The notes: a model not told the origin generated them from the letters alone. DNA of 64,000 nt from Tetramitus jugosus (GCA_937625935.1 OW569375.1:310001-374000), one strand, 5' to 3'; counted from the first letter of the stretch, positions 30,207 to 41,665 are shown. Numbers and translations: made by a program.

Positions 30207-31586
30207 ATGACAAGAAGATTGAGGATATCCTTACTCTATTGCGCGTTGTTGTTGTTGAGTGTTACCCTTGCAACATTGCAACAAACTCCTCCCAAGTGTT
30301 CCATTATTAACTGCGGAGAGCTGCCATGCTGTGGCACTGTTAATCCTGCGTGCTATTCCCCACAACAGTACGTTTGTACAAATGGTGCTCTGTGTCCCAT
30401 GAGTGCTCCAGAGAGATGTGGTAATGCTTGCTATAGCCCTTCTGTCTATCATTGTGTCAATGGAGCATTGGTGCCCGGCGCGAGTGGTTCTACCCCTCCT
30501 CCGCCACCTCCCTCTACTCCTCCGCCACCCTCCACTTCTCCACCGCCACCATCATCCTCTGGTAATCCTCCTGCATGTACCACTATGAACTGTGGAAGTA
30601 TGCCATGTTGTGGAAGCGCCTGTTATTCGCCTCAACAATACGTCTGTGTAAATGGTGCTCTGTGTCCTATGAGTGCCCCAGAGAGATGTGGCAGTGCTTG
30701 CTACAGTCCATCTGTCTACCATTGTGTTAATGGAGCGTTGGTACCAGGTTCCAGTGGTTCTACACCTCCTCCTCCTCCACCGCCCTCGACTCCTCCTCCA
30801 CCACCTCCTCCTTCCACTCCTCCTCCACCTCCTCCACCACCTACTATTCCAGATACACTTCCAGGTATTGCAACATACTATTATGACTATAACTCCACAA
30901 ATGAATTGCTGGACCACATGCCCATACCATTCAATAGAAAGCCTGTGATTGGAGCCATTGAAAACACACCATTCTTTAAGCCTGAGGATGACACCTTGTT
31001 CCGAAACTCCCGATGGACAAATCAATTTGCAGTCACATTCAACTTCTATCTTGATATTACCAATATTGGTTTGCATTCATTCCGATCTTTGAGTAACGAT
31101 GGAACGATTTTGTACTGTGATAATCAGTTCATACTCAGCAATGATGGCAATCACGACATGGTAAACGCAGTTACTGGGCAAATTAACCTTGCTCAAGGAA
31201 GACACAAGTGTATTCTGTACTACTACCAGTCAATCCATCGTTCTGGATTTGATGTTAAGTGGATGCCTCCAGGTGGCTCATCTTTTGTTGAGATTCCAGT
31301 CTCTTCCATGTCATTTGCACCAAAGGAACTAGCTCCTGTCATCTATTCGCTTAGTCCTTCATCTGGCAATGCTGGTACAACTGTCACAATCACTGGTTTT
31401 GGATTCTACCAAGATGCAGCAAACATTCAAGTATTCTTTGGCAACGTGGCCGCAACCTCAGTCACTGTCGTGGATCCACAACACTTGACAGTTGTTGTCC
31501 CAGGAGGTGCTCCAAAAGGAATATTCAATGTCATTGCGAAAACACCAGCCGATACCAGCAATCCAGTTTCCTTTGTTGTTGCTTAG
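30207..31586 (+). CDS. Secreted protein: CBM52-like Cys repeats, Pro linkers, PA14, IPT/TIG
   Basis: Signal peptide; 2x CG..CYSPQQYVC.NGALCP...CG.ACYSPSVYHCVNG; PA14-like SLSNDGTILY...NDGNH; IPT PVIYSLSPSSGNAGTTVTITGFGF. Confidence 0.85.
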   Translation: MTRRLRISLLYCALLLLSVTLATLQQTPPKCSIINCGELPCCGTVNPACYSPQQYVCTNGALCPMSAPERCGNACYSPSVYHCVNGALVPGASGSTPPPPPPSTPPPPSTSPPPPSSSGNPPACTTMNCGSMPCCGSACYSPQQYVCVNGALCPMSAPERCGSACYSPSVYHCVNGALVPGSSGSTPPPPPPPSTPPPPPPPSTPPPPPPPPTIPDTLPGIATYYYDYNSTNELLDHMPIPFNRKPVIGAIENTPFFKPEDDTLFRNSRWTNQFAVTFNFYLDITNIGLHSFRSLSNDGTILYCDNQFILSNDGNHDMVNAVTGQINLAQGRHKCILYYYQSIHRSGFDVKWMPPGGSSFVEIPVSSMSFAPKELAPVIYSLSPSSGNAGTTVTITGFGFYQDAANIQVFFGNVAATSVTVVDPQHLTVVVPGGAPKGIFNVIAKTPADTSNPVSFVVA

Positions 31587-31638
31587 CTATAAAGTTTTTT
31601 CTTCCTTCCGACCAATCGTTGAACATCGATCCAAATCA

Positions 31639-33444
31639 ATGCACAAGCATCATCAAACAAAACACAAAAAGGTCAAGGCTCAAAATGACTTGAAAACCCA
31701 AAAACTAAAGCTTTCCATCGTAAATCAACATTCCCGCCAAAAACAATTACAACAAGCTTCCATTGTTCTCTCTCAGGCCATCCAAATTCGTCATTGCAAT
31801 GATCCATTGATCAATTTGTTTACTCGCACGAGTTCTGCATCATGGCAAACCAATCAATCTCCCATTGATCCCATTTTGCTATTCTCTGCACTGAACACTG
31901 AGGTTGATGCGATTGATCAAATCGATCTCCATAGCAAAAAGCTTTTTCATTCATTGTTGCAATCCTTGCACATTACAAGCCAAAAAAGCAACATTAACAA
32001 GGAGGATGACAAGAATGATGATGACTCGTTTTGGTCTCTCATGCAAAAGCAAGAGCTACAACTGCAACTACAAGAAGAGGCTCAAAAGAAGCAACAAATG
32101 GATCCTGAACAAGTTTTCAAGTCAAAGTTGTCTCGATCAATGTTCCCTCGTAGAATGATCAAGTGTCGTGAGATGTCAACGGAGGCATTGACTGTTTTTG
32201 AAGCATGGAAACAAAGAAAACAAGGTTATTTGAGTGTAATTGATTCGTATGAGGCACTATTGAAGCACGATAAGCGAAAAATGGCCAATTTGTTGTTACT
32301 GTTCATGATGAAGATGAAAACGATTGGAACTATTTCTCCGTTGTTGCAACAACCAGCTACAGCCTCATTGACTGTTTGTGCACCATGGTATGCTGCATTG
32401 ATGAAGAGGTACTTGCGATCGTATCGAAAAAGAATCAGAACCATTCGGTTGATTCGCACCGTGAAGCACTATTATATTCGGAGTGAATGCAGAGTGATTG
32501 ATAGGATATTGTCACGAGAAAAGTATGCAGATTTGTTTGGTGAGATGCCAGTGTTGTTGAGTCATGTATTACAAAGAATGAAACACTCTACGATTGTAAC
32601 AACATCCAAGAAGAGAAGAGTAAGTTCATCGATCGTAACACCATATGTTTATGATGAAGATGATGAACAATCACGAATCATGGAGCAAAGTTTGTTTGGA
32701 CAATCACTTGAAACAGAAGATAGAGATAGTATTAATGGTGAAAGTGAGGGTGTGCATGAGGAGAGCCCATTAGACTTATTCATACGATATATTTGTAATG
32801 TGCGGATAGAGAGCTTCGATATCGGTGTAATGACAGAGTATGAATGGAAGAATTATGTGTATCAATATGATACCAATGACAGAGACCCATCCAAGATATT
32901 AGACTATTTTAAATCGATACGACAGAGATTGAATCAACAATTAGAGTTTTGTTCCAGGGTGTACTCTTCCTTTTTTATGCAGGCATTGGAAGATGATATC
33001 ACATGTGTCTGGAAACATTCTGGCAGCATATTCTGCAGTGCACTGGCTTCTATGGTAGTCATAATGACCGATAAGCAACGTTTACCATCTGATTATCGGT
33101 CGATAATGATACAGATTGCTACCTGTTTCATCGATACGATCCATGTCATGCGAAAAACTTATATCCAACAAGCGTTTCTTTGCTTTCGAGCTCGAAACAA
33201 GAAGAAGAAGCATGGCGATCGTTCTCTCCAGGATGAATTCCAGAAGCGACGGCACTGGAACTCTCCTGTATTGAACAATCTTCGACAACACGTACAAGCA
33301 ATAAGCAAGATGATGGTCGATCACACACTACGCCATTACCACCAATCGATTACACAAATTGATCGACACATGTCTGAAGTCACCGACGCCTATCGTCCTA
33401 TTCCTGCTCCCAAACAACTCCTGCGCAAGTTTTACCTTGACTGA
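31639..33444 (+). CDS. Hypothetical protein
   Basis: ~600-aa ORF, no recognised motif. Confidence 0.7.
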   Translation: MHKHHQTKHKKVKAQNDLKTQKLKLSIVNQHSRQKQLQQASIVLSQAIQIRHCNDPLINLFTRTSSASWQTNQSPIDPILLFSALNTEVDAIDQIDLHSKKLFHSLLQSLHITSQKSNINKEDDKNDDDSFWSLMQKQELQLQLQEEAQKKQQMDPEQVFKSKLSRSMFPRRMIKCREMSTEALTVFEAWKQRKQGYLSVIDSYEALLKHDKRKMANLLLLFMMKMKTIGTISPLLQQPATASLTVCAPWYAALMKRYLRSYRKRIRTIRLIRTVKHYYIRSECRVIDRILSREKYADLFGEMPVLLSHVLQRMKHSTIVTTSKKRRVSSSIVTPYVYDEDDEQSRIMEQSLFGQSLETEDRDSINGESEGVHEESPLDLFIRYICNVRIESFDIGVMTEYEWKNYVYQYDTNDRDPSKILDYFKSIRQRLNQQLEFCSRVYSSFFMQALEDDITCVWKHSGSIFCSALASMVVIMTDKQRLPSDYRSIMIQIATCFIDTIHVMRKTYIQQAFLCFRARNKKKKHGDRSLQDEFQKRRHWNSPVLNNLRQHVQAISKMMVDHTLRHYHQSITQIDRHMSEVTDAYRPIPAPKQLLRKFYLD

Positions 33445-33559
33445 AACATTCCTTTTCGTCCAACGAGTTCTCCATACCAAGTTCAACACAACAAAAAAGC
33501 AAATCAAAAAACAAACCAACAAAGTAACAAAACACGAACAAAAACACCAAACACGAACA

Positions 33560-34633
33560 ATGGATTTCCAACACAGAAAAAAGTTTGTCAAGGATACAAG
33601 TCTTCCAATTCTCGTCACAGAGTCACCCTACTTTGAACATTTCTTACAATTGTACGAACAGGATTTTCGTGCAAAGAGTCAATGGGAGTCCTACATTACG
33701 AGTATCAAGAGCGAACCACTGTTTATTAACCATGCCAATGCACTTGCCAAAAAGATTCGTCACGTACTGGAGAGTACACCTGCTTACAAGAGTGATTTTA
33801 GTCAAAACAATTCGAAAACAACAACTGGTGGTGCTTCATCGTATGAATTGAGACCGACAATGAAGGTCAACAAGAATGAGTCTGTCTATTCCAAGCAGTA
33901 CGTCAATAAGACGATTGTTTCAGTGGATATCTCATCTGGAAATTTCACTTGTCTCAAGTATCACGATCCAAGCTTGTTGTTGAACAGTGAGAGCTATAGG
34001 GATATGGTGGAAAAGATTGCTCGAATGGAGCTCGCAGTACCAGATAGTAGCAGCAGTGGAGGTGATGAAGAGAATGAATTGATAAGAAAGAGTGATTTTT
34101 CTGATGCAGTGATTGAGTATGTGGTCAAGAGTAAGCTGTTGAGACAGGTCATCTTTGGTCATTTGAATCCAAAGAGACAACAAGTCATTCAAAAGTTTCT
34201 GGTGGGTCTCGTGATTGAAACATTGGTCGATCATGCAGGTGTTGACCGAGATCGATTCATATCGTGCAGCTCTGATGAAGTCGTATTTATTTGTAGGGAA
34301 TCAAGTACTGCGCGTGAGGATTATGAGGCCACAAAGAATGCCATTAGTGCCCATTTGCCAGAATTGGCGGCCAATTTGAAAGTAGAGGTATTTGATCTAA
34401 AGTGTATTGAAGATGATCGAACAAAGCGGGTAGCAGGCTACGTAAAGGAGTTCTTGTTTAACTCACATAGTAAGGGGCAAGCATTTGAGATCAAATCTGT
34501 GCCTGGCTACTTGTTTGCACAAGCGTACAAAAAGTATCTGGGATTGCCCATCGAAGACAATGATCTTTGCTTCATGTACGAAGGCATGGTTGCTTCATTC
34601 AAGCAATCATTCTTCCAACAGCAACAACAGTAA
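33560..34633 (+). CDS. Hypothetical protein with family-A polymerase palm-like motifs
   Basis: IVSVDISSGNFTCLK (motif A-like), KSKLLRQVIFGHLNPKRQ, SCSSDEVVF (motif C-like). Confidence 0.7.
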   Translation: MDFQHRKKFVKDTSLPILVTESPYFEHFLQLYEQDFRAKSQWESYITSIKSEPLFINHANALAKKIRHVLESTPAYKSDFSQNNSKTTTGGASSYELRPTMKVNKNESVYSKQYVNKTIVSVDISSGNFTCLKYHDPSLLLNSESYRDMVEKIARMELAVPDSSSSGGDEENELIRKSDFSDAVIEYVVKSKLLRQVIFGHLNPKRQQVIQKFLVGLVIETLVDHAGVDRDRFISCSSDEVVFICRESSTAREDYEATKNAISAHLPELAANLKVEVFDLKCIEDDRTKRVAGYVKEFLFNSHSKGQAFEIKSVPGYLFAQAYKKYLGLPIEDNDLCFMYEGMVASFKQSFFQQQQQ

Positions 34634-34670
34634 AACAATTATTGCAACACTCTCCGATATTACACGCAGA

Positions 34671-35705
34671 TTACAATGTCTTGTTATCTTTATAAAATTG
34701 CTTTGGATAGTGCGGATCTAGTGATAGGATCTTTCTCGCTTGTTCAGGCGTCGCTACAGGTCTTCCTGCTTGATCACACAACTTGACCACATGCTTCACC
34801 AGTTCAGCATTGCTCTTTGCAAACACACCACGCTCAATCATCAACGTGTCTTCGAATCCCGTTCTCGGATGACCACCCAACTCCAATGTCCACTGCTGTA
34901 CCTCTGTATGACAAGGACCAACACCGACACAAGTCCAAACCATATTGTCCTCTCCTCCAAATGTCTCCTTTGCTTCACTCAACAAAAAATCAAGCACTTT
35001 TCGCTTTGGTTCCAACGCCATGTGACCACCCAGAACAAACATGAGCTTAATTGGCAACTGCAACAATCCACGCTTCACCAAATGACCCGCATAATAAATG
35101 TGACTCAAATCAAACACAACAACATCAGGCTTCACATCATTCTCCTTCATGACATGACAAAACTGTTCAATATCCCTATTGGAATTAAAATATTCCTTGT
35201 ACGTGTGAGAACCTGGTCTGCTGACACGAAGATTGACCGATCCAGGTGTCAAACTCGCGCTTTCTGGTTTGAGCCATATCGCTTGCGCGCGCTCCTCAAA
35301 CGTCGGACCATAATTCCCCGTGCTTGCCTGAAAAATCATATCGGGACACTCTTTCTGAACACCGAGCATGACTTGTTGATATAGGTCAGAGTTCCAAGCA
35401 CACTTGAAACCATTGTTTGGATCTCTGACATGGACATGGACCATGGTAGCACCTGCTTCATAGCACTCTACAATGCTATTGATTTGTTCTTGAGGGGACA
35501 ATGGAACACTTGATACCCGAGATTTGTCAGCAACGTCACCAGTGATGGCCACAGTGATGAAGGCTGGTTTTTGTTCAAGATGACTTGTTTTTGTTGTTGT
35601 TGAAAAACTGTGAAGGTTTTGTTTTGTGTGATGAACAAAGAATCGATTGTGGTTGTTGTTGTGCTTGAGAGCAGCAGAAAAGGATTGAACAAGGGATTTT
35701 TTCAT
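34671..35705 (-). CDS. BKACE / 3-keto-5-aminohexanoate cleavage enzyme family (DUF849), mitochondrial
   Basis: ITVAITG, VPLSPQEQ, AGATMVHVHVRD, PESASLTPGSVN, GGHPRTGFED, ATPEQARKIL; transit peptide. Confidence 0.9.
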   Translation of the reverse strand: MKKSLVQSFSAALKHNNNHNRFFVHHTKQNLHSFSTTTKTSHLEQKPAFITVAITGDVADKSRVSSVPLSPQEQINSIVECYEAGATMVHVHVRDPNNGFKCAWNSDLYQQVMLGVQKECPDMIFQASTGNYGPTFEERAQAIWLKPESASLTPGSVNLRVSRPGSHTYKEYFNSNRDIEQFCHVMKENDVKPDVVVFDLSHIYYAGHLVKRGLLQLPIKLMFVLGGHMALEPKRKVLDFLLSEAKETFGGEDNMVWTCVGVGPCHTEVQQWTLELGGHPRTGFEDTLMIERGVFAKSNAELVKHVVKLCDQAGRPVATPEQARKILSLDPHYPKQFYKDNKTL

Positions 35706-35914
35706 TTTTGTTAACAAGGTAGTGAGTTGTTTGGAGATGGAGGTTGAATGTACAAGTAATTACAGTTGGTTTTTTGTTTTGTGTGATGAGGTAAAGTTCA
35801 AGGTGCAAGGGTTCGAAGCAAGAAGGAGTTTGATTGTTGTATAAAATGTGACAATCAAGTGCCTGGGAATGCATCACAATCAAAACACAACAAGAACACA
35901 ACAAATAATTGAGA

Positions 35915-36493
35915 ATGAAAACCACCTTCCTTGTATTAATTGCAATTGTAATTGCTTTCTTTGGATACACGACTGGCTCTGTCCAAACTCTGTACTGTGG
36001 AAAGTACCAATGTCCAGCAAGTAACTTGTGCTGCAGATACAATGTGATTGGAAGTCGACAACAGTGTTACAACCCTTCCACCCATTCGTGCTATTCTGAC
36101 AAGTACAAGCCAAAACAGAACTGTCTCTGTGCAAAGTATGATAAATGTTGCAATGGCGTGTGTTACGACACTGCCAAATTCTTTTGTGACTTAAAAACAG
36201 GTACCATCAAGAAACGACTCTATTCGACAAAGGTTTCTCGAAAAACTACATACACCAACCCAAATCAGTGCGGAACCTTCCAATGTGCCTCTTCTGATTC
36301 ATGCTGCCACAACAACATTATTGGTGCGTATAGGGATGTCTGTTACTCTACCGCCACTCACAGTTGCAACGCTGATCTATACAATCCATCGTACAATTGT
36401 CTCTGTGGAATCCGTGATGCTTGTTGCAACGGTGTTTGCTTCGACAAGTATCTCTACAAGTGCAGTTATGGAAAAGTGGTTCAATTGAAGTAA
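35915..36493 (+). CDS. Small secreted Cys-rich protein with two CBM52-like repeats
   Basis: Signal peptide; duplicated CG..QC....CC..N.IG....CY...THSC..D.Y.P..NCLC...D.CCNGVC.D. Confidence 0.8.
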   Translation: MKTTFLVLIAIVIAFFGYTTGSVQTLYCGKYQCPASNLCCRYNVIGSRQQCYNPSTHSCYSDKYKPKQNCLCAKYDKCCNGVCYDTAKFFCDLKTGTIKKRLYSTKVSRKTTYTNPNQCGTFQCASSDSCCHNNIIGAYRDVCYSTATHSCNADLYNPSYNCLCGIRDACCNGVCFDKYLYKCSYGKVVQLK

Positions 36494-37349
36494 CATCTCA
36501 TATAAATCAAAATTTTATTCTCAAATCTATCTAGCTTGCGCATCGGCTGACAAATTCAAAAAACCATTCTTGAGTGTCATAAAACTCAATGATTATTGAC
36601 CATGCATCGGTTCAAAGCACTGCTGATTCTTGTCGGGAAATCATGAAAGAGAGGTATAAGATTGTAGAACTACCATATAAATACAATCAGATCGACACCA
36701 GAGTCACACAATAAATCTGAACTAACTAAGGAACTACCAAACAGGACACCTGATATTGAACCCAACAAGAAAAGAATGAATGAATGCCAACAATCAGCTG
36801 CCCAAAAGTTTGGCAAAAGCCTACATTACTGAGGGTTCTCGAGTAGTCTCCTATCTCAATACTAACTCAGCCAGGCTGAAGGAGACAAGAGGAAGAGTGG
36901 TTGGATCAGTTCGATGGTCACACTGTTTCGATTATCGGGATAGTCACCACAGTGACATGTGATAAAATTTCCCATTGTTGTGGGTCAACTGTAATTCATG
37001 CATTTTCTTGGTTCTGTTGTTTAGGGTAAAGGAAATGGGACAGCAACTCGGAATAGAGCGCGATCCCACAAGCCACTTTGTGACTTTGGACAGTGAAGGC
37101 TTAATCAATACGCTTGGAATTGTTTTGAACATTGTTTTCGCACCAACACCAATCCGTTATATCTTTTGACAATTCTCATCTTTCAGCAAAAAAAGTGTGG
37201 GTTGATGATGCAATCCCAAGTTCGGTTGGAACTTACAGCTGCGAAGCAAAATGCATGCAGCCCAGGTTTATTTCTTGATCTGATAAGCACCAATAATTTT
37301 ACCCCAGAGTTTTGTGTCACCAACTTTGCTTCACCACAACAAAACTACG

Positions 37350-39026
37350 ATGCAAAAACGATTGAATTCACAAAAGCTCAACCATCAATTCGAAGGTTAC
37401 AAACTCTCCTATGCAAGTATCATTGACACTGATCATGCCTTGTATGAATTGATCCCCGATGCAAACACACTACAGAACAACAACAATCACAAGAATGAAC
37501 AATTTGCTCAACAACCATTGTCCTTTCAAATGAAAAAGCATTTGTCAATGCACAATCATTTGCACATTTGTCCAAAATTTCACATCAACAATGATCAAGA
37601 AGAAGAAGAAGAAGAGGTGATGATGATGAGTCTATTGTTTGTGATCAATGAGTTGCATCATGTTCATGTCTATCTCGTGAATCGTACATTTGCTTTTATG
37701 GAAGAACCATTGTTTATTTTTGGTGAAATTACTGTTGAAAATGATGAGTTGAACAATGGTTGTACCATGATGTGCAATCACAAGAGTATTCATTTGGAAC
37801 AATTTCAAAATCAACAAACAAAACATTGGATCAGTGTTTTATTGTGTAGTGATGGTTATGGATCATTGTTTATGAATCATGTGAATGCAACTATTGCAAC
37901 AGTTGTTGATGTTGCACAACAAAAAATGAGTTGTGAGTTGATGAGCGAGTGGAACGAGTTGCAACACATGTTTGACTATGTGAGGAATGAGAGGCAATAC
38001 GAAGGGGATTATTCATTGTTTTTGCGTCATTATTTGCCATCGAAAATTGTGTGTGCTCAAATGTTAAGTGTTACAGACGACGAGGGAGAGTTGATTGTCG
38101 TTTTGGAGAGTAGTTTGGACTTTTGTGTGTATCGTGATGTGAAAGAGGTAAAGCCAAAGAAGCGTATCGAGTTTTTTGTTTCGATTGTCAAATTTAAGTT
38201 TCGATTGTGTTCTGCTGAGAAAGATGATGAAGCAGAGCGGATAGAGTGTCTGGAATTCAAGTCTGTTGACACTGTTTACATGCCTTCTAGTGGACTTAAG
38301 ACTGGATTCTTCCGTTCAACAAACAATAATCAATTGATTCTTGTGAGTTCATCCACAATTCGTTCTGTTAAAGAAACTCAACAACAGGAGAGCATGGTAA
38401 TTGATGAAGAGGAAGAGCAAGTCGATTTAGAGATTGATGTGAGAGAGCAAGTTGATACAAACATCAGAGGGCAACAAACTAATTCGAGTAGTCGTTTTAT
38501 TGATCATTTTACTTCTACCATGGACAACGAAGATGACAATACCAATGAAGGATCATTATCCGAAGAGTGTCACATTTATGAACTGAACACAAGATCAATC
38601 AGTCTTAACTGTCTTTACTCCAATGCTTTTCAGTTAGTAGTTGACTCGATTGGTCCTTCAAACAAATATATTGCAGTGGCCCACGATGTCGATGTTTGTG
38701 TGTACGAATTCGATGAATCACAAAACGAGTTCTGTCACCAGTACACACTGCACGCATTGCAATACATTTTGAATGGTAAGCCGAACAGACTCTTTATGGT
38801 TTATTCAGATCAAATTGCTGCCATAACCGAACAAAAGAGAGTATTCCTGTATGATCACCAATCCACAGACAATCGAACACACTTGGCCAAGCATCAAATA
38901 CTACAGTTGGAGGATGATGAACTATTGTTAGGAATTCGTATTTGTGCTGGATGCGTGTTCATTCTCACTCAAGACAACATTGCCTGCTATTCTATCAACA
39001 ATAGCAACAACAACCACCACAATTGA
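37350..39026 (+). CDS. NUDCD1: NudC domain-containing protein 1-like
   Basis: N-terminal KLNHQFEGYKLS; C-terminal HDVDVCVY...HQYTLHALQYILNGK. Confidence 0.7.
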   Translation: MQKRLNSQKLNHQFEGYKLSYASIIDTDHALYELIPDANTLQNNNNHKNEQFAQQPLSFQMKKHLSMHNHLHICPKFHINNDQEEEEEEVMMMSLLFVINELHHVHVYLVNRTFAFMEEPLFIFGEITVENDELNNGCTMMCNHKSIHLEQFQNQQTKHWISVLLCSDGYGSLFMNHVNATIATVVDVAQQKMSCELMSEWNELQHMFDYVRNERQYEGDYSLFLRHYLPSKIVCAQMLSVTDDEGELIVVLESSLDFCVYRDVKEVKPKKRIEFFVSIVKFKFRLCSAEKDDEAERIECLEFKSVDTVYMPSSGLKTGFFRSTNNNQLILVSSSTIRSVKETQQQESMVIDEEEEQVDLEIDVREQVDTNIRGQQTNSSSRFIDHFTSTMDNEDDNTNEGSLSEECHIYELNTRSISLNCLYSNAFQLVVDSIGPSNKYIAVAHDVDVCVYEFDESQNEFCHQYTLHALQYILNGKPNRLFMVYSDQIAAITEQKRVFLYDHQSTDNRTHLAKHQILQLEDDELLLGIRICAGCVFILTQDNIACYSINNSNNNHHN

Positions 39027-39166
39027 TTTTCAATACACAAATACAAAATACAACCGTAAATTCAACCTGCTCAAATTATTTTCTCCGCCACATCAAAAAT
39101 GCGACTTGCCAAAAAGCAAATTTTTGATCTGCTGATTGAACACGAATTACCATCAACACAACAACA

Positions 39167-40792
39167 ATGAGCACAGTCACTATACTTGATATCAGTCACA
39201 AAGACTGCAAGATCTGTCCCTATCATTGGTTGTTACCTGGTCAATTTGGATGTGATATTCATTGTGATCTGATCAAGAGATGGACACCACAAGTTTTGCC
39301 TGCAAACACCATCATGAGAGGTGGTCGCCAAGACATTCGTCTCTTTAGTACATTTCAAAACAATGTACTCTTGCTCATGCTTGATCACATGAGTGATGCG
39401 AGAGAAAAGCAGCGCATGCGACACTGCGTAGAATCCATTTTTTTGCAAAAGAGTACAGCGGTGGACGACGGTGGAGATGAGTTGAGTGTGGATGAGTGCT
39501 ATGCACAGGCTCAGACTGCTTTGATGCAGTCCGCTGTTGATTGTAAACGAAAAGGCGGAGAATTAGTTTCAGTGAATACAGAGATTGCTGGGGCAGTTCG
39601 AACAACAACAACAACGATTAGCTCTGGGAATGTACAGCACAAAAAGAGAAGATTATCCACTTCGTCGACATCATCGTCGACATCTGCAGACGGTGGCAGG
39701 AGATCATCTTTGTCTTCTGCTCAGCAACAGAGCACTAGTAGTGGCTCCAAGTCGCATCATTCGAGCCATAAGAATCGACACCATGGCGGACAAAAGAGAT
39801 CAAGACCAAACTCTCCAATCGTTGCATCGTTTTCTCCTCTGAGAGATGAAGATTCAATTGATGGTGGAGACAGCATGAGTCAACAACAGGACCATGAATC
39901 GTCATCCTTGTTGAATCAGTCAACTGATTCAGTGGGCAGCATTCTAGAAGATGGAAATGGAAACAGAAAGAGAAGTAGAAGAAATAGTACTACAACGGTT
40001 GATGAATGGGTCACGAATGGAAGTCAAGTTGTTGATCTTACGATTCACCACGAGTTTGATAAGTTGTTGGAGATGACAAGTGAAGACATGATTTTACCAA
40101 ACTCAAACGAAACTACTGGCGCTCCTACTGAGCCTGTTCGGTACAATTTAAAAAATTTCTTGAAACATGGTGCATTGTCCAGCGTTCGAGATTATATCAT
40201 CTATGCCACAGATGCTGACATTGTAAACATGAACAATTATTTGATGGACTCTTCGACTGACTCTCCTCGGCCGCGGGTCGATGTACCTACTCTTGTGAAA
40301 CTGTGTATTGACTTGATACGGTGGATGGTGATAACGAAGCATGTGAAGTTTATTCCATACGGTATCATTTCATTGCTCTCATGCAGTGGCAAAACAATAG
40401 AAGGAAAATATTTGCAGGAGTTTTTTACGGAGGATGAACATGGAATACAGTTGCTCTCAAAGAAAAATATTGTTCTTCCAGAGCAAATTCCATGTGTTCT
40501 TGGCGATGATGGAGAATATCCAGATGAGATTAGCAAAATGTGTAGGATTATTCGCCAATATGTTTCTAACGCGCAATCATACAAACGCAAGCAAAAGAGC
40601 CTTTCATTGAAGGTGAAGAAGGAGCAAATTATCTCACTGAGCCAACAACAAGAACATTTCTCAACACAACCGTCATCACTAAATTACAGCGAGATTATCA
40701 ACATGGTCAGTCAGTCGCTTGTCACTGACTCTCAACCTACGGAGAGTACTGTGAGCAGTGAACCTCTGCTAGAGTCTACTGACTCAATATGA
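39167..40792 (+). CDS. Hypothetical protein (Ser-rich, NLS-like)
   Basis: 541-aa ORF from ATG. Confidence 0.75.
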   Translation: MSTVTILDISHKDCKICPYHWLLPGQFGCDIHCDLIKRWTPQVLPANTIMRGGRQDIRLFSTFQNNVLLLMLDHMSDAREKQRMRHCVESIFLQKSTAVDDGGDELSVDECYAQAQTALMQSAVDCKRKGGELVSVNTEIAGAVRTTTTTISSGNVQHKKRRLSTSSTSSSTSADGGRRSSLSSAQQQSTSSGSKSHHSSHKNRHHGGQKRSRPNSPIVASFSPLRDEDSIDGGDSMSQQQDHESSSLLNQSTDSVGSILEDGNGNRKRSRRNSTTTVDEWVTNGSQVVDLTIHHEFDKLLEMTSEDMILPNSNETTGAPTEPVRYNLKNFLKHGALSSVRDYIIYATDADIVNMNNYLMDSSTDSPRPRVDVPTLVKLCIDLIRWMVITKHVKFIPYGIISLLSCSGKTIEGKYLQEFFTEDEHGIQLLSKKNIVLPEQIPCVLGDDGEYPDEISKMCRIIRQYVSNAQSYKRKQKSLSLKVKKEQIISLSQQQEHFSTQPSSLNYSEIINMVSQSLVTDSQPTESTVSSEPLLESTDSI

Positions 40793-41020
40793 CCAACTTG
40801 TTGTATTTGGATATTTTTATTTTCCAGATCATGTTTACAAAATCTTTTGATTCGATTCGCATCACAAAGGAATTGGTTGTCCTTCGCGGCGATCTTCGCA
40901 CTGACTTTATCTGTCCTTTGTGGCCACAAAACAACTTTCTAGAATACACCTGAACCAAAAACCACTCAACTTTCCCATCTGCAAGATCATTTACACTTTG
41001 CTCGATAAGTTATATAAGTT

Positions 41021-41665
41021 ATGACCAAAATCTGCTCCCCTGATTCTTCTTCTCTCATTGAAACTACATTTGGCAAGGAACAGCGATTAAAGGAGAGTGA
41101 AATCACTCCTTCACCCATCCTGAATGATTACGCCCTCATGATGAAACAAAAATGGATGGCTCAACGAAAAGATGAACCAGAAGAGGAAGACGAGCAAGAA
41201 GGTAACAACCCAGAGAATAACACACAAGAAACAGATGATGAAAACTTGAGGGAAATATCGGATGCCTCAGTCGTAGCAGACTCTACTTCCATAATGGCGG
41301 CGTTCTCATCATCACCACCATCATCATCGAGTGTTGCTGTAGTTGAATCAAGGGAACAGTTGAGCGGTTTCTCTGAACAGAGGTCACCGTATTATTCTGC
41401 CGCCAAAACTACTACAGAATCAATTCAGAGGAAACACGTCGTACAAGAACAAGAACAACAAGTTTTGCCATTGGAACAACATGAAGTAATCAAGTCAGAA
41501 GAGGCAGCCGGACAGGGAGATATCTTAGCCGAGTCCTATGTCGATTGTATGATGCCCGCGAACAATGATGTCATTTGGTATCAACAACAAGCAGCTGCCA
41601 GTCATAGCAGAACCAATTCGATGAAAAACAAGTTGAAAAAGTGGTTCAACGGGCTCAAGATTTGA
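41021..41665 (+). CDS. Hypothetical low-complexity protein
   Basis: 214-aa ORF from ATG; AATAAA after the stop. Confidence 0.65.
   Translation: MTKICSPDSSSLIETTFGKEQRLKESEITPSPILNDYALMMKQKWMAQRKDEPEEEDEQEGNNPENNTQETDDENLREISDASVVADSTSIMAAFSSSPPSSSSVAVVESREQLSGFSEQRSPYYSAAKTTTESIQRKHVVQEQEQQVLPLEQHEVIKSEEAAGQGDILAESYVDCMMPANNDVIWYQQQAAASHSRTNSMKNKLKKWFNGLKI

Noticed and set aside
36500-37340. Short ORFs in an 0.85-kb spacer
   Set aside because: No motif, consistent frame or splice pattern recognised
40863-40922. Inverted repeat CACAAAGGA...TCCTTTGTG as a possible snoRNA
   Set aside because: Only a 9-bp stem and no convincing box motifs
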